A stretch of 64,000 bases of DNA from Octopus vulgaris (GCA_951406725.2 OX597820.1:10044001-10108000); one strand, 5' to 3'. Shown: positions 12,013 to 25,776, numbered from the stretch's first letter. Notes: generated by a model from the sequence alone, not told the origin. A program made the numbers and translations.

Positions 12013-12331
12013 GAGGGCGCGTGGCTTAGTGGTTAGGGCATTCGGCTCATGATCGTAAGGTTGTGAGTTCGATTCCCGGCGACACGTTGTGTCCTTGAGC
12101 AAGACACTTTATTTCACGTTGCTCCAGTCCACTCAGCTGGCAAAAATGAGTTGTACTTGTATTTCAAAGGGTCAGCCTTGTCACTCTCTGTGTCACGCTG
12201 ATTATCCCCGAGAACTACGTTAAGGGTACACGTGTCTGTGGAGTGCTCAGCCATTTGCACGTTAATTTCACGAGCAAGCTGTTCCGTTGATCGTATCAGC
12301 TGGGACCCTCGTCGTCGTAACCGGCGGAGTC
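12013..12331 (+). mobile_element. tRNA-headed SINE
   Basis: GGCGCGTGGCTTAGTGGTTAGG..GAGTTCGATTCCC head. The body is shared with 55693-56074 (opposite strand). Confidence 0.85.
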
Positions 12332-12957
12332 TTTTAATTCTTTAACACATTGAAGTGTCTATGTATGTTCAAATATTGATATGAAACAATAACAAACTGC
12401 TTGATATTTTAGGAAAGCCTAAAGTCAATGAAATCGACCCGAGTACTTCTCTGCTATCTACTTTTCTGAAACCCGCTGAAAGAGAAATGGTATAATCGAC
12501 CACGGCATGATTTGAACTTGAAATGCAAAGTGCCATAAGTACGAGGTTAAGCCTAGCGATTGCACCACATTCAGATGTAAAAGTATTGATTTTTATAGTC
12601 AGAGGCATAGCTGTGTTGTTAAAAAGCTATCTTTTCAACCACGTCGTGTTATGTGTGTGTGTGTGTGTGTGTGTGTGCGTAGTCTCAAGGGCTTCCGAAA
12701 ATGGTTGGGAGGAATGCAAACTTATTAGACAGAATTCCAAAAGCCATCAAAATCACAGGTTATGCTGTACAACAAGTCGATACTTAAGTCCACCACCAAA
12801 TCTTCGTATTATCGATGTATGACCCCGTTTTGTCCCCAGTAGACACGAAATAATATACTTAAAACAATTACATACTTAACCACCAAATGAGTTTCTCTCT
12901 CTCTCTATCTGTCTGTCCATCCATCCATCCATCTAACCAATTAGCCAACCACCCATA

Positions 12958-13032
<75 letters not shown>

Positions 13033-13544
13033 GCACACACACGCACACATACACACACACGCATATAGACTGTGTGGAACCCCGTCGTGTATACGATGGG
13101 CTTCCACACAGTTTCCGTTAACCAAATTCACTCACTTTGCAATATTTGCATGGAGGTTTACAATAGAAAACATTCTCCTAAGTTGCCGCGCAGTGAGACT
13201 GAAACCGTAACTTCGTGATAGCAAAGCGCGCGTCTTAACCACACAGCCACGCCTGTACTTGTAAACACTAGCAATCAAATTAAACGAAGCAGATAAGGAC
13301 ATATGAACTAATGACATTGATGTCTTTACCTTGGGTTTTTATCAGACGAGCAGGAAACAATGAAATCAATATTCAGTACAGGAAAACGAAAATCATATCA
13401 CAGACACGCAAAAAAGAAAAGAGTACAAAAAACAACGAAACATAGAAATTGAATTTCTACCCAAGAAGACTTATGTGTCTTGTTTGCCAAGAGTCGAGAC
13501 ATCGAGGAATACAGTTTCGTAACTGAATATTTAAACTTGATGTT

Positions 13545-13969
13545 ACTCTTTTACTCTTTTCTCTTTTACTTGTTTCAGTCATTTGACTGCGGCCATGCTG
13601 GAGCACCGCCTTTTAGTCGAGCAAATCGACCCCGGGACTTATTCTTTGTAAGCCCAGTACTTATTCTATCGGTCTCTTTTGCCGAACCGTTAAGTGACGG
13701 GGACATAAACACACCAGCATCGGTTGTCGAGCAATGCTAGGGGGACAAACACAGACACACAAATACACACACACATACACATATATACATATATATACAT
13801 ATATACGACAGGCTTCTTTAAGTTTCCGTCTACCAAATCCACTCACAAGGCATTGGTCGGCCCTGGGCTATAGCAGAAGACACTTGCCCAAGATGCCACG
13901 CAGTGGGACTGAACCCGGAACCATGTGGTTGGTTAGCAAGCTACTTACCACAGAGCCACTCCTGCGCCT
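13545..13969 (-). mobile_element. Full-length tRNA-headed SINE with internal microsatellite
   Basis: Near reverse complement of 7170-7548. Confidence 0.88.
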
Positions 13970-14185
13970 ATGTTGTTTAAATGTTCTACACGATGTTGAT
14001 GAAATATTTTCAAATATTAACGTATACATGCGATACTGTTTGTACAAAACCGCTACACACGCAAACCTCTTCTACGCTTTCACAATTTTAATGTTTCCGG
14101 ACCGAAGCCTGAGGCCAGTCTGGAGCACTTCTCGTGTTATTTTAAACTCTTGATGTTCTTAATATATTCTCTGTTTAAATAATAT

Positions 14186-14515
14186 AGGCGTAGGAGTGGC
14201 TGTGTTGTAAGTAGCTTGCTTACGAACCACATGGTTCCGGGTTCAGTCTTACTGCGTGGCACCTTGGGCAAGTGTCTTCTACTATAGCCTCAGGCCTTGT
14301 GAGTGGATTTGGTAGACGGAAACTGAAAGAAGCCCGTCGTATATATGTATGTATATATGTATGTGTGTATATGTGTTTGTGTGTCTGTGTGTCGCTTAAC
14401 AACCGATGCTGGTGTATTTACGTCCCAGTAACTTAGCGGTTCGGCAAAAGAAGCCGATGGAATAAGTACGAGGCCACAGTCAAATGACTGAAACATGTAA
14501 AAGAGTAAAAGAGTA
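14186..14515 (+). mobile_element. SINE, same family, with small internal deletions
   Basis: GGCGTAGGAGTGGCTGTG head; CAGTCAAATGACTGAAAC followed by (TAAAAGAG)n tail. Confidence 0.85.
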
Positions 14516-15292
14516 ATTAACCACGAATTGGCGATGTCATTAATTGTATATTTAAATTTAATCCGTTCCGGCAGCATTGTTGTGTTTCGTCTCAGAAGAG
14601 AACAACTTCTCCTTTACGATGAACATGTGTTCACAAAACACTCGATTTAGAAGTTCTGGCTGTTCATTGTTTTTACAACGCTTTGCTATCGGTTATTAGA
14701 TATCAGCATGGATCGGTGAACAAACTGCACGCTGTCTATCGACTTTTGTTAGGTTAATTGGTCCGAGAGTGCTTCTAGCCGAGGAGACATAACGATGTCG
14801 AAACACCGATTGTCCCAGAATCCTTTACACTGATAAATAAATTGCGTTAAGAAGATATATTCGTCGAAAAGGAGAAGCTATTCTCCGGCGGCGGAACACA
14901 ACAGCGAATGTCATATTCACGTTCGAATCTGCCGAAACGTATTAGGAATAAATATGGACGTCATCGTTATGCATCTCATTGTTCACCGAGGATGTGACGG
15001 TTTATGATATGCAATACTACTTGTACAAAAGAGTTACACATAAACACACACACGCACACACGCACTCGCACACAAGCGTACACACACATGCATACACACA
15101 AATACATATATATATATAGTATATATATGTATGTATGCATGTATATATATATATATATGTATATATATATCTGTTGTCTTACCGTTTTTATAAATATATA
15201 TATATATATATATTGATAAGAACGGTAAGACAGCAGATATATATATTTATATATGTATCTATATATCTATCATGTATCTATATCTATATCTG

Positions 15293-15397
<105 letters not shown>

Positions 15398-15939
15398 TGA
15401 GAGAGAGAGCGGGAGAGAGAGATGTACCAGCACATATGTACCATGCATATTTAAACACATACAGAAACCACTACACGAATTTAAACGTTAGAAACAAGTC
15501 TATCGATGAGCGTATGTATATTTAATCTCCTACTTTAAACTGTTTCAATTTAAAACCGAACTATTCACAGACCTCGTTTCGTACTTCCAATTCGACAGTA
15601 TCGATTCGGTTCCTAATTACCAGCTCTTTCAACAATACTTAACCGCATTATTTACAGACTCTTGTCAATACGACACAGGCTTCTGTTAGGATCAGTGGTA
15701 CGTTAATGGCACTTAAAACGACGAGAAATTAATGGCCACGTAAATAATTGCTCTATGATATACGAATAATTCAACAATTACTTCTTAACATCTTCGTATC
15801 ATTCCCACTTAGTTTACATTACTTGGTCTGTGTCGTGTCTCTTCATTGAGCTAGCTTTAATTATTGTAGATGTCTAATTAATCTCAACAGGAATAATTAA
15901 AAGCTACTCAACGTAAAGTACATGCATACATAAGTACAT

Positions 15940-16190
15940 TGATACATACGCACATACATACATACATACATACATACATACATACGCACATACATACATA
16001 CATACATACATACATGCATACATACATGCATGCATACATACATACATACATACATACATACATGCATGCATACATACATACATACATACATACATACATA
16101 CATACATACATACATACATACATACATACATACATACATGCATACATACATACATACATACATACATACTTACATACATACATACATGCA
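15940..16190. repeat. (CATA)n microsatellite
   Basis: Direct inspection. Confidence 0.95.
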
Positions 16191-16246
16191 TGCGTGCATA
16201 CATAAGCAACACAGAAATAGAGTCGGGTGTGGGCGTATGTGTTAGA

Positions 16247-16297
<51 letters not shown>

Positions 16298-16402
16298 GAC
16301 ATATATGCATACATAAATGCAAACATACACACATGTATATATATATATATATATATACGGTCATACATCTACGCATATGCACAGGAACGTATATATATAT
16401 GA

Positions 16403-16448
<46 letters not shown>

Positions 16449-16487
16449 ATCTACATATATATATATATATAAATATATGTATATATG

Positions 16488-16606
<119 letters not shown>

Positions 16607-16753
16607 CCTATTGAGAAAATGTCATTAGATAATCATTAGAACATACCAAGTTGTATGACAAAATGTATGAAGGAGTGTAAAAGAATTTCTGCATACGTCT
16701 GTATATAGAAACGGATGATGGTAATAATAGACATGCTGCTGCTGGTGATGGTA

Positions 16754-16803
<50 letters not shown>

Positions 16804-16947
16804 GATGATGATGATAACAATGATAATAACAACATCTTAGGTAATGCAATTTCTTCTGCAAAGCAATTTAGCAGAAAGCTCAATAATTGTGAAGATTGAT
16901 AAATAGAACGATAATATGAAGAAATGTAAGGGACACTTGAATGAGAA

Positions 16948-17010
<63 letters not shown>

Positions 17011-17159
17011 CAGAGAGAGAGAGGCAGAGAGAGCGAGGGAGGAAATGTGAGAGTGAAAGAGAAATCTATGCGTGCGAGTGACGAAACCACTTTGAGCATG
17101 ATCATGTAAGTCGAAGAAATGAGAGAGAGAGAGAGAGAGAGAAGAAGAGAGAGCACTTT

Positions 17160-17427
17160 GCTCTCATGTGCTTATTCCATCCCTGCCTGAGGTTACCGTG
17201 GTCTTTTCCGTAGGCTTTTCTTTCCACGAATAAACCTAATTTTACTTTTTACACCTTCAAAAGTTTTCTGATACAGGATCCGTTTTGATCGTTTTGTTTT
17301 CACGATCCCTTTTGATCGCAATTTTATGTTTCTCCTTTTTTTCTATTTTCGAAAAGAACAGCTCTACATTGTATTTCGTCCCCTCTGTACATTGATACAT
17401 ATAGCCCTGTGTGGCTAATAAATAAAC

Positions 17428-17428
<1 letters not shown>
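17160..17428 (+). mobile_element. Possible LINE 3' UTR remnant
   Basis: T-rich segment ending CCCTGTGTGGCTAATAAATAAA directly before (ATCT)n. No ORF supports it. Confidence 0.3.
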
Positions 17429-17516
<88 letters not shown>

Positions 17517-17529
17517 CATCCATCCATCC

Positions 17530-17588
<59 letters not shown>

Positions 17589-17830
17589 CATCCATTCATC
17601 CATCCATCTATAAATACATACATACATGATACATACACACATACATATATACATACTGGTTTAAAATTTTGCCTCAAGGCCAGCAATTCCGGGTGCAGGA
17701 CCAACTCGATTACATCGACCCCAGTGTTCAACTGGTACTTATTTTATCGACCCCGAAAGGATGAAAAGCAAAGTAGACCCCGGCGGAATTTAAACTCAAG
17801 CTGTAACGACAGACGAAAAACCGCTGAATA

Positions 17831-18203
17831 TCCCTCCCTCCCTCCCTCCCTCCCTCCCTCCCTCCCTCCATCTATCCATCCAACCATCCATCCATCCATC
17901 CATCCATCCATCCATCCATCCATCCAACCATCCATCCATCCATCCATCCAACCAACCATCCATCCATCCATCCATCCATCCATCCATCCATCCATCCATC
18001 CATCCATCTATCCATCCATCTATCCATCCACCCATCCATCCATCCATCCATCCATCCATCCATCCATCCATCCAACCATCCATCCAACCATCCAACCATC
18101 CATCCATCCATCCATCCATTAATCCACCCATCCATCCATCCATCCATCCATCCATCCATCCATCCATCCATCCATCCATCCATCCATCCATCCATCCATC
18201 CAT
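17831..18203. repeat. (CCCT)n then (CCAT)n microsatellite
   Basis: Direct inspection. Confidence 0.96.
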
Positions 18204-18675
18204 TTACACTTGTACAAAACATGGAGATCTTATTCGCGCCTGTATTTCTGCTTGTGAAACTGCAGCAGGCTCAAATGCATTGTGCTGACATAAGGGACAA
18301 AAAAGAAGACGGGAATGTACATGAATCTAGAATTCATATACAAAGCGAAAAGAGATTAAAGAAACCAAATATTTGAGAAGTTTCTTACAGATTTTGTTGC
18401 TAAAAATAAAAAACAAAACAAAAATTAGAGACATTCACTGAAAGCTGTTATATCTACAATAAATATTAAAAATATAATTTGAAATCATCCAGCGGAAACA
18501 AAATCTCGTAAATATAACGTAAAAAATATTTTCACACCAGGCATTTATGCATAAAACTCTCATTTAGCACAAACTCACGTTTAGAACGAGAAGACAACAA
18601 AACATAAAACAACTAAATGTATATCACAAGATACAGATATAATTATACACACACAAACCCCCTCTACACACACAC

Positions 18676-19460
18676 ACGAGGAGGTACCCAAAAGAAACCG
18701 AAATTTTTGCAATATTATTTTATTCAGTTAGTTTTACATGTTTACACTTTTATCGCATTTTAAAGTTTTCTCCACTTAAAGTAACGTATCGATCGAGACG
18801 CATTTTCCACTGTTCAAAGAACTGCCGGATCTCTTGCGAAGTGATATCTTTTAAGGCCTCCATTGTTTTTTTCTTCACCTCTTCCACGTCTGCCAATTCC
18901 GTAGCACTAGCTTTCGTCACCAGTGATGACCTTCCATAAAAAGTTCCGGATCACTTACCAGCTCTTCTTTCAGTTCGCGACACGCATTCAAGCGTGACTG
19001 CTTTTAATCTTCCGTGATCAAGCGTGGCACAAATTCGCAATTCCTCACTCAAAATTCGGTGGCGGGAGCTCCAGGACCCACACCAATCATACATAACAAG
19101 TTCGTTAATTTTTCGGTTACGGCCCTCCAAAACCACTTCATGAATTTTCATGATGTTTCCATTCGTTCGGGAAGTCGACGGTTGTCCTGAACGAGTTGGT
19201 CTTCAAGCGACGAGTGTGCATTCTTACAGCGTTAAAAACACTCGTAAACTTGAGTTTTGCTCATGATAGCGTCTTTGTAAGCTGTTTGACGTATGGCAAT
19301 TGTTTCGGCCGCCATTTTTCTCAGCAGAAAACAGTATTTCACGGAAGCATGCTGTTCCTTCGTTTCAGCCATTACAAAAATCGACGAAGAGGAGACTGCA
19401 AGACAAATACGCACCACATGACAGTACGATCTCGCCCGATGACCCTGGTCGGCAAATTGA
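18676..19460 (-). mobile_element. Internally deleted mariner transposon (pseudogenised transposase)
   Basis: N-terminal HTH MAETKEQHASVKYCFLLRKMAAET..AYKDAIMSKTQVYECF, then KIHEVVLE..INEL and first catalytic motif KVITGDES. A deletion then leads to the C-terminal ..KKTMEALKDITSQEIRQFFEQWKMRLDR. TIR-like CGAGGAGGTACCCAAAAGAAACCG at 18676. Confidence 0.85.
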
Positions 19461-19590
19461 TGCCCAATGGCGCGCAAAACTGGATTCTAAACTGGATTCT
19501 AATGGCGGAAAACCGAACTACAACGGGCTTGTCCCACACTTGTCCCCTCTTATATATATATATATATATATATATGTGCACATACATACG

Positions 19591-19649
<59 letters not shown>

Positions 19650-20726
19650 CGATGAACACACACATACGTGTGTGTGTGTGTGCATATCTATCACATCTAT
19701 CTATAGGTCTAAATGTAGAACGATGAAACACATATACGTGTGTGTGTGCGTGCGTGTGTGTGCATATCTATCTATCTATCTATCTCTTATCTGTACGTCT
19801 CTCTCTATATACCTAAGTATATATATATATATATTCGTATATACTCAGGTGTTCACGGACGCACGCACACACATACACACATGTATAAATATATACATGT
19901 ATACATGACATAAGCACGTACACACACAAATAAACATACGTATATATGTTCTTTTTTATATATAAAAAGAAAGCAATCTATTTAAGACGACCTGTATAGC
20001 TTCCGCAAAAGGATTCAGTGCTTATAAGTCATCTAAGTTCAGGAAAAAGTACAACTCGAATACATAGAGGCCAACAACAACAACAGCAACAACAACAACA
20101 ATAATAATGATATACCGTATGATATGCGGATGTAGAATATCTTAGAGAATTAATTTGGTAAAAAATACCCTTTAATAGAAAAGGCAGGAAAAAAAACAAT
20201 ATTCCTAATTAGGCAAGATGGTTACAAAATTCCGGCTGGCGATAATAATAATGTTCAGAATAATTATGATGTTGATGATAATGATGATATTGATGATAAT
20301 GGGGGTGGGGTGCAACATAAAGTAAACCTTGGAATTTGCTTTAGAAAGCCTGTCCACGGGTATCGGCTATCAGATACAATCATTCAGTGAAGATGGCACG
20401 TTTCATGGATGACATATTTGAACATTTTCTCCTCCAACAGTAGAATTCTATTACGAAAGTAAGATAAATCGAAAATGAAGAATATAAAGCTGGTACATAG
20501 TCCTATATTCAGTGAAGCACGTACACACACACACACACAGACACACATACACACCCTGTTACTCTCACTTTTATATATTTCAACCCAAACGCTGCGGCCA
20601 TGCTGGGTCACGGCCGGCATTATTACCATATGCATACATACATACATAGATACATACATACATAACCACGTGTGATCCGCTGGTTATTTTCTTCCTCCGC
20701 CTTCTCTTCATTTGGACGTTCCTCTA

Positions 20727-20760
20727 TTTCTGAAGAAGAGCTTTTGCTCGAAACGTTAAA
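20727..20760 (+). ncRNA. Minimal type I hammerhead ribozyme motif
   Basis: TTT-CTGAAGA-a-GAGC tttt GCTC-GAAA-CG-TT^AAA, with a palindromic ACGT stem III typical of Penelope minimal hammerheads. Confidence 0.7.
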
Positions 20761-20881
20761 TCCTCTTTCTTTCCTTTCCCGAGCATCTGATAATACAGTG
20801 CTTGTACCACGTCCTCACGTTGTTGTTGTTGCATGTTTGTTCTTTGTTTGGATTCACTCACTCACTCTCTCTCTCTCTCTT

Positions 20882-20922
<41 letters not shown>

Positions 20923-20967
20923 ATTAATGAGGGAGACGGAAGATGGAAGATGCGAGAATGTTTATTG

Positions 20968-21328
20968 ATCAAAGCCTTGTGAGTGCATTTGGTAGACGGG
21001 AACTGAAGAAGTCTCTCGCGTGTGTGTGTGTGTGTGTGTGTGCGTGTGTGCGTGCGTGTGTGTTTGTGTTTGTGTGTGTGTGTGTGTGTGTGTGCGTATG
21101 TATATATATTTATGTGTCTGTGTTTGTCCCCTACCATCACCTGGCAACCGTTGTTGGTGTGATATTGCGTCCCCGTAAACTAGCGTTTCGGCAAAAGGCC
21201 GATAGAATAGGTACTAGGTTTACAGACAATAAGTCCTGGAGTCGATTTCTTCGACTATAATCCTTTAGAGCTGTGCTCCAGTATGGCTGCAGTCAAATGA
21301 CTGCAACAAGTAAAATAATAAAAGAAAA
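20968..21328 (+). mobile_element. 5'-truncated SINE with internal (TG)n
   Basis: GCCTTGTGAGTGCATTTGGTAGACGG..GTGCTCCAGTATGGCTGCAGTCAAATGACTG matches the 7170 family. Confidence 0.8.
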
Positions 21329-22425
21329 TGTATGTACGTACATATGTATGTATGTTTGTATGTGTGCATGTATGTATAATACACACTTTCTATACAGTTT
21401 CATCATCACAAATATACTGACAATAAATATCTCAGCAAAAATTGTCTGTTAAAGTTACTCTAAGATTCAGATGTCTTCTATACAAAACAATCTACGTCAG
21501 AACTTGAAGACTTATTATGATAAATGCCAAACTGAACAATGTCGTGTCTTTTTCTTCACTGCGGGGCAGCAGCTTTGTTGACATCTATATCGTAATAGCG
21601 TTTCTGAGGAAGTCGCCTGCTTTGTACAAAATTTGTCCGTCAGACGACATTTCATTGTTGGAATTTTAATTTTATTTTCACATACAAAATCAAATTTAAT
21701 TCGAGGAAAATTTGACTGACATTTATTCATATTTAAATTTGAAAATAATAGAAGAAATTCGTGGTATCGTTGTATTATTGAACTGAATAAAATATAGCAA
21801 TTTGTATTTCAGTGCGATGATGTAAGCAACAATAAGACGTTTCCTACAATCTGATCTGTTGAACGCCATACATAGACGTGAGAAGCGATGCACATTTAGA
21901 AGTGTCTATGTCGTCTTTCCAACTTATATTTTGTTGAGATTTTAGATAAAAAAACTAAATTCTTTACATAGCTGTATTTTCTCATTCAATTTCTTGTTAT
22001 TTGTCATGGCGACTATAAATAGAGCTCAGGTTTTTATGAGAACATTGTCTTCTGAATATTCCCTTTTAAATATGGAATAGGTGCCAAAATAATTGTAATA
22101 TTTGCATAAATGTTAATTGCAGATTATAAATCATAAAAACATTCTTGCAATCCGCATTTGCAGCTTCTTTACTTTTATTATCAATGCCTTAAGATATTCC
22201 TTAAGTCGCTTTCAAATCCACTCCTAATACTACCAAATATTTATACAGCTTAGCTATTTGGTGGTGACTTTTTTAAACATTCGCACAAGACACTGCGATT
22301 TGGTGTTCTTGTATTTGACATAATCCTTTAGAATTTATCCAAAGTCACAGAAATGCTTTCATTTTATTTTACAGAAGAAATCCATGTTATTGACATCCTC
22401 ACTTCATGCTGCAAATAGTAATATA

Positions 22426-22491
<66 letters not shown>

Positions 22492-22495
<4 letters not shown>

Positions 22496-23033
22496 ATCTT
22501 CATTTCACTTAATTTATCAAGCTTCTGTATTCCTAGCACATATTTCGCCTTAATGTACTGATATATGAAAAATATATGGCTTGTGTTAGTAATACCAGCG
22601 ATAATAATAATTTTTATTTTATCGCAATTTGATTTGTTTACATATTTCTCGATAAATTACGAGCGCCAGGCGATATACCAGAATTCCCTAGTTTTGTCGG
22701 GACGTTCGGAGTCTGCGCAGTGATATGATTAGTTAGAGAGTAAATCATTAGAAGCACATGCTTCTAGTGAGTTAGGATCCCAGAAAGACAGGGTCTCACT
22801 GAAGAATTCTCCCTGAGCAAATAAATTATCTTTATTGCTGAAAAGAAAGAAACTGCAGTCTGAGAATTACCGGTTTAGTAAATGTTTTTATCTTCATTTC
22901 ACTTAATTTATCAAGCTTCTGTATTCCTAGCACATATTTCGCCTTAATGTACTGATATATGAAAAATATATGGCTTGTGTTAGTAATACCAGCGATAATA
23001 ATTATTTTTATTTTATCGCAATTTGATTTGTTT
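22492..23033 (+). mobile_element. Non-coding partial-tandem element (394-nt period) with one hammerhead
   Basis: 22492-22640 is repeated at 22886-23033. The hammerhead lies just before the second copy, and both ends are in (TA)n. Confidence 0.78.
22794..22865 (+). ncRNA. Type I hammerhead ribozyme
   Basis: TCTCA-CTGAAGA-a-TTCT..(AGCAAATAAA..TTTATTGCT)..AGAA-a-GAAA-CTGCAG-TC^TGAGA: 5-bp stem I, palindromic stem III, GUC triplet. Confidence 0.82.
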
Positions 23034-23319
23034 ATATATATATATATATGTGTACACACACACACACACACAGAGGTAGTTAGGGGTAAATCCCAGATGT
23101 TTCCTCTTGAAGCACATCTGTTTATTCCATTATTACAAGCCAATATGTAGTCTCAGCATGACGAATAAATAGTGTCAAAAAAAATTTCCAATTCCTTCGA
23201 GGTGTAGGAAGAAAGTTAGCTTCGAGCAATCCGTAGTGAATATAATAGAAAATAACTGCCAGGAACAATTATCGAAAAGCGATGACCTGAAAAAATGTTC
23301 TTTTTATATTTTTACAAGC

Positions 23320-23686
23320 AGTATGACCTGGCGTTGCTTTAGAATTGGAATTTTTGAAAAGTAAAAATTTTGCATTATGTAGCTTGTTATTCTCTTTAAG
23401 TGAACATTTTTCTGGTTGAAATACACGAAAAATGGCGACAGTCAAAAAATCGTAAATAAAATAGGGATTTTCAGAGAAAAAAAAGCACCTTTTTGATGTA
23501 AATAATTTTTGGTGTTAATATGGTCTGATTTGAATTTTTTCTTCTACGGAAGGAAGAGCAAGCCTTCTTCTATCATACTCTCAATTTTGGTCAACTTGCG
23601 CCGCAGGGCCTCGGAGGAGATAGTGTTAGTTGAAGGCTACCAAACCTGCCATACACAGACAACTTCAGCTTTATATATATATAGAT
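23320..23686 (-). mobile_element. Non-autonomous Helitron-like fragment (5' terminus)
   Basis: Minus strand begins A|TCTATATATATATAAAGCTGAAGTTGTCTGTGT, a typical Helitron 5'-TC end. The left boundary is approximate. Confidence 0.55.
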
Positions 23687-23699
23687 AATTGGTATGTGT

Positions 23700-24119
23700 T
23701 CACAAAGTCCAAACGATTAATAAGAAAAAGCCCTCCAGGCTACATCCCGAAAATTCATTTCTTTGCCGAATTTCTACAATGTTTACGGCGATTCGTTTTT
23801 ATATCTTGATTTTTTTTATTTTTCATGCAATTTACGCATGCTTGCACGCGTGGTGAACACAGATCACGTCAAACAGCTCTGAGTAAAGTTCACTATTCAA
23901 TGCATGGGATAAGGCCTAAACAAACACATTATCGATTTTTGCACTTGCGAGATGAATTTAGGAGCAGAAATAGCGCAGTTCAATTTTCATTCGCCTAAAC
24001 TTTAAGTGACCCATTTTTGGTGGTTCTACGATTTGTTGGCTAGGAGGAGATGTGCCGGGAAGTTAAACACACAGACACACACACAGATACACAAGTTGAG
24101 TTATATATATATATAGATA
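23700..24119 (-). mobile_element. Second Helitron-like fragment (5' terminus)
   Basis: Minus strand begins A|TCTATATATATATATAACTCAACTTGTGTATCTGTGTG. The left boundary is approximate. Confidence 0.5.
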
Positions 24120-25460
24120 TTCCTCGGTAGGCGACCAGAGTTGCCGAGTATGCGAAAAAGAATACAAGAATTGCGGAATGGAATATGGGACACCCGGGCT
24201 ACATAAGTTTCATAGTGATTTGAACCACGAAGTGGTAAAATCTAAGCGAGGCGTATACCGCCGTCTATTCTTCAGGTCAAGGATATCTTGGTTAGATTAA
24301 ATGCTACATTGCCACAAGGAGGTACATGTTGATATAAAGATTCAATCAGAATGTGTTGAGAGCACAGTATGTAGGGGGTATATAAATGAGGGGGGAAATA
24401 AGTTATAGAAGGAGAGAAGAAAGGAAAAAAATAAAAATAAAATATAGGGGTGTGAGAGAAAGGGGGAATTTGACGGGGTCGGTGGTAGATAATATAATAG
24501 TTTTAGCTTAATCACAGAATTTAATTGTGAGATTAGCATTTGAAGAGGAGAGATTGGGGAAATATTTTTGATCGTGGGGGACAAAAGAAAGTATGTATAA
24601 ATATAATAAGATAGGGTGGGGAGTTTAAGATTGGCTAGTGGGTCTATGGTCAAAAGTCATAAATTAGTATACGATGTAGGCGTTTGTATTTGTACGTTTA
24701 GGGGTGGAGTGGGTAGGAGGGGGAGGTATGAGAAATATAAGGTGACAAAAATGTTTTAGGTAGGAAGTCAAAATACGGATAGAAAATTGTAATTGAAAAT
24801 TAAGGAATTAGACGGGTAGAAAAAATATTGTTGGTTTAATAATTAGTGGTAGTGAGGGTGGATGAGTGGAAAATGAATATATGAGAGTTATGGAGAGACA
24901 AGAGCGAGGTCGGGTTGTCATTATTTGTATTTCGAGAATAGATTTAGTGCCCGATGTTTGCCGGTGAATATTATACTAATGCGTTCATTGAGACAGTCTG
25001 TGGATTACAAAATAACTATGACCTCGGCTACGCAGAGATCACACTTAATATTATATCTGCTCTATCGTTCGGCGTTGGTGATTATGGACTATTTAAGAAT
25101 GTAAGGAGTTGAGTCAAGCGTTAGTTTATTGATAAGCTGAGATAACGATGTATTGCTAGATTTTGTATGGGATTTGAAGCCAGAGTAGTGATTGCTCACT
25201 CTAGCTTTGAAGGTGGTGCTACATGAACCGATGTAAATGTAGTTGCAGTTGTTAGTTGATACTGTGCATTTATAAACTATGTTTTTAGTAAGACAGCGGT
25301 TATTCAAAGGACAGGAGGTCTGATGCTGCATAGGTTTGTAGGGGGTATTCCGGATGAGGTTGTGATGAGATTGTTGTGACGAATCGGTGTTTGGTTTGTT
25401 ATTATAGTTGGTGCTAAGGTTATCATTTGTTAAGTGGTTGCTATTGCTAACATCCAAACG
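24120..25460 (-). mobile_element. Penelope-like element relic: GIY-YIG endonuclease region plus 3' terminal region
   Basis: ORF 25089-25457 has CPLNNRCLTKNIVYKC..YIYIGSCSTTFKARVSNHYSGF..NTSLS. Further downstream is KCDLCVAE (CxLCxxE motif of Penelope endonucleases), interrupted by stops. Confidence 0.85.
24197..24278 (-). ncRNA. Hammerhead ribozyme motif (slightly decayed) at the 3' end of the Penelope relic
   Basis: GAC-CTGAAGA-ATAG..CTAT-GAAA-CTTATG-TA^GCC. Cores and stem II are intact, with one mismatch each in stems I and III. Confidence 0.65.
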
Positions 25461-25685
25461 TTAAATTCATTACAACACCCAAATATACCACCTGCCATAA
25501 TTGTGAATACCACAGAGGATACCACCAAGTACAATAATTATCATACCATACAACCCAACAATACCACCCTCAACCTCTTAATAATTGACAGCCTTAGCAC
25601 CAACTATAATAACGAACCGAACACTGATTCCACTCTAAATAACAATCCCCTTACAAGCTTTCCAACAATGGTGTAAAATTACTAT

Positions 25686-25776
25686 TTTTTCTGATGAGTA
25701 TAGAATTATTGTGCAACCTTCTTTGTAATAATTACCGCCACTATACCAGTGCACACCACTGAAACGCGTGTAAAGA
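25686..25776 (+). ncRNA. Degenerate hammerhead-like motif in an inverted Penelope-related segment
   Basis: TTTT-CTGATGA-GTATAG..CTATAC..-GAAA-CGCGTG-TA^AAGA. Stem II does not close cleanly onto GAAA. Confidence 0.45.

Noticed and set aside
14570-15000. Possible Tc1-like relic on the minus strand (RVFCEHM..VLF*DE)
   Set aside because: Only weak motif hints with stops and frameshifts; no TIRs seen.
21400-22420. Possible hAT transposase relic (ADCKNVF resembling ADCERGF)
   Set aside because: One weak motif, no continuous frame or termini.
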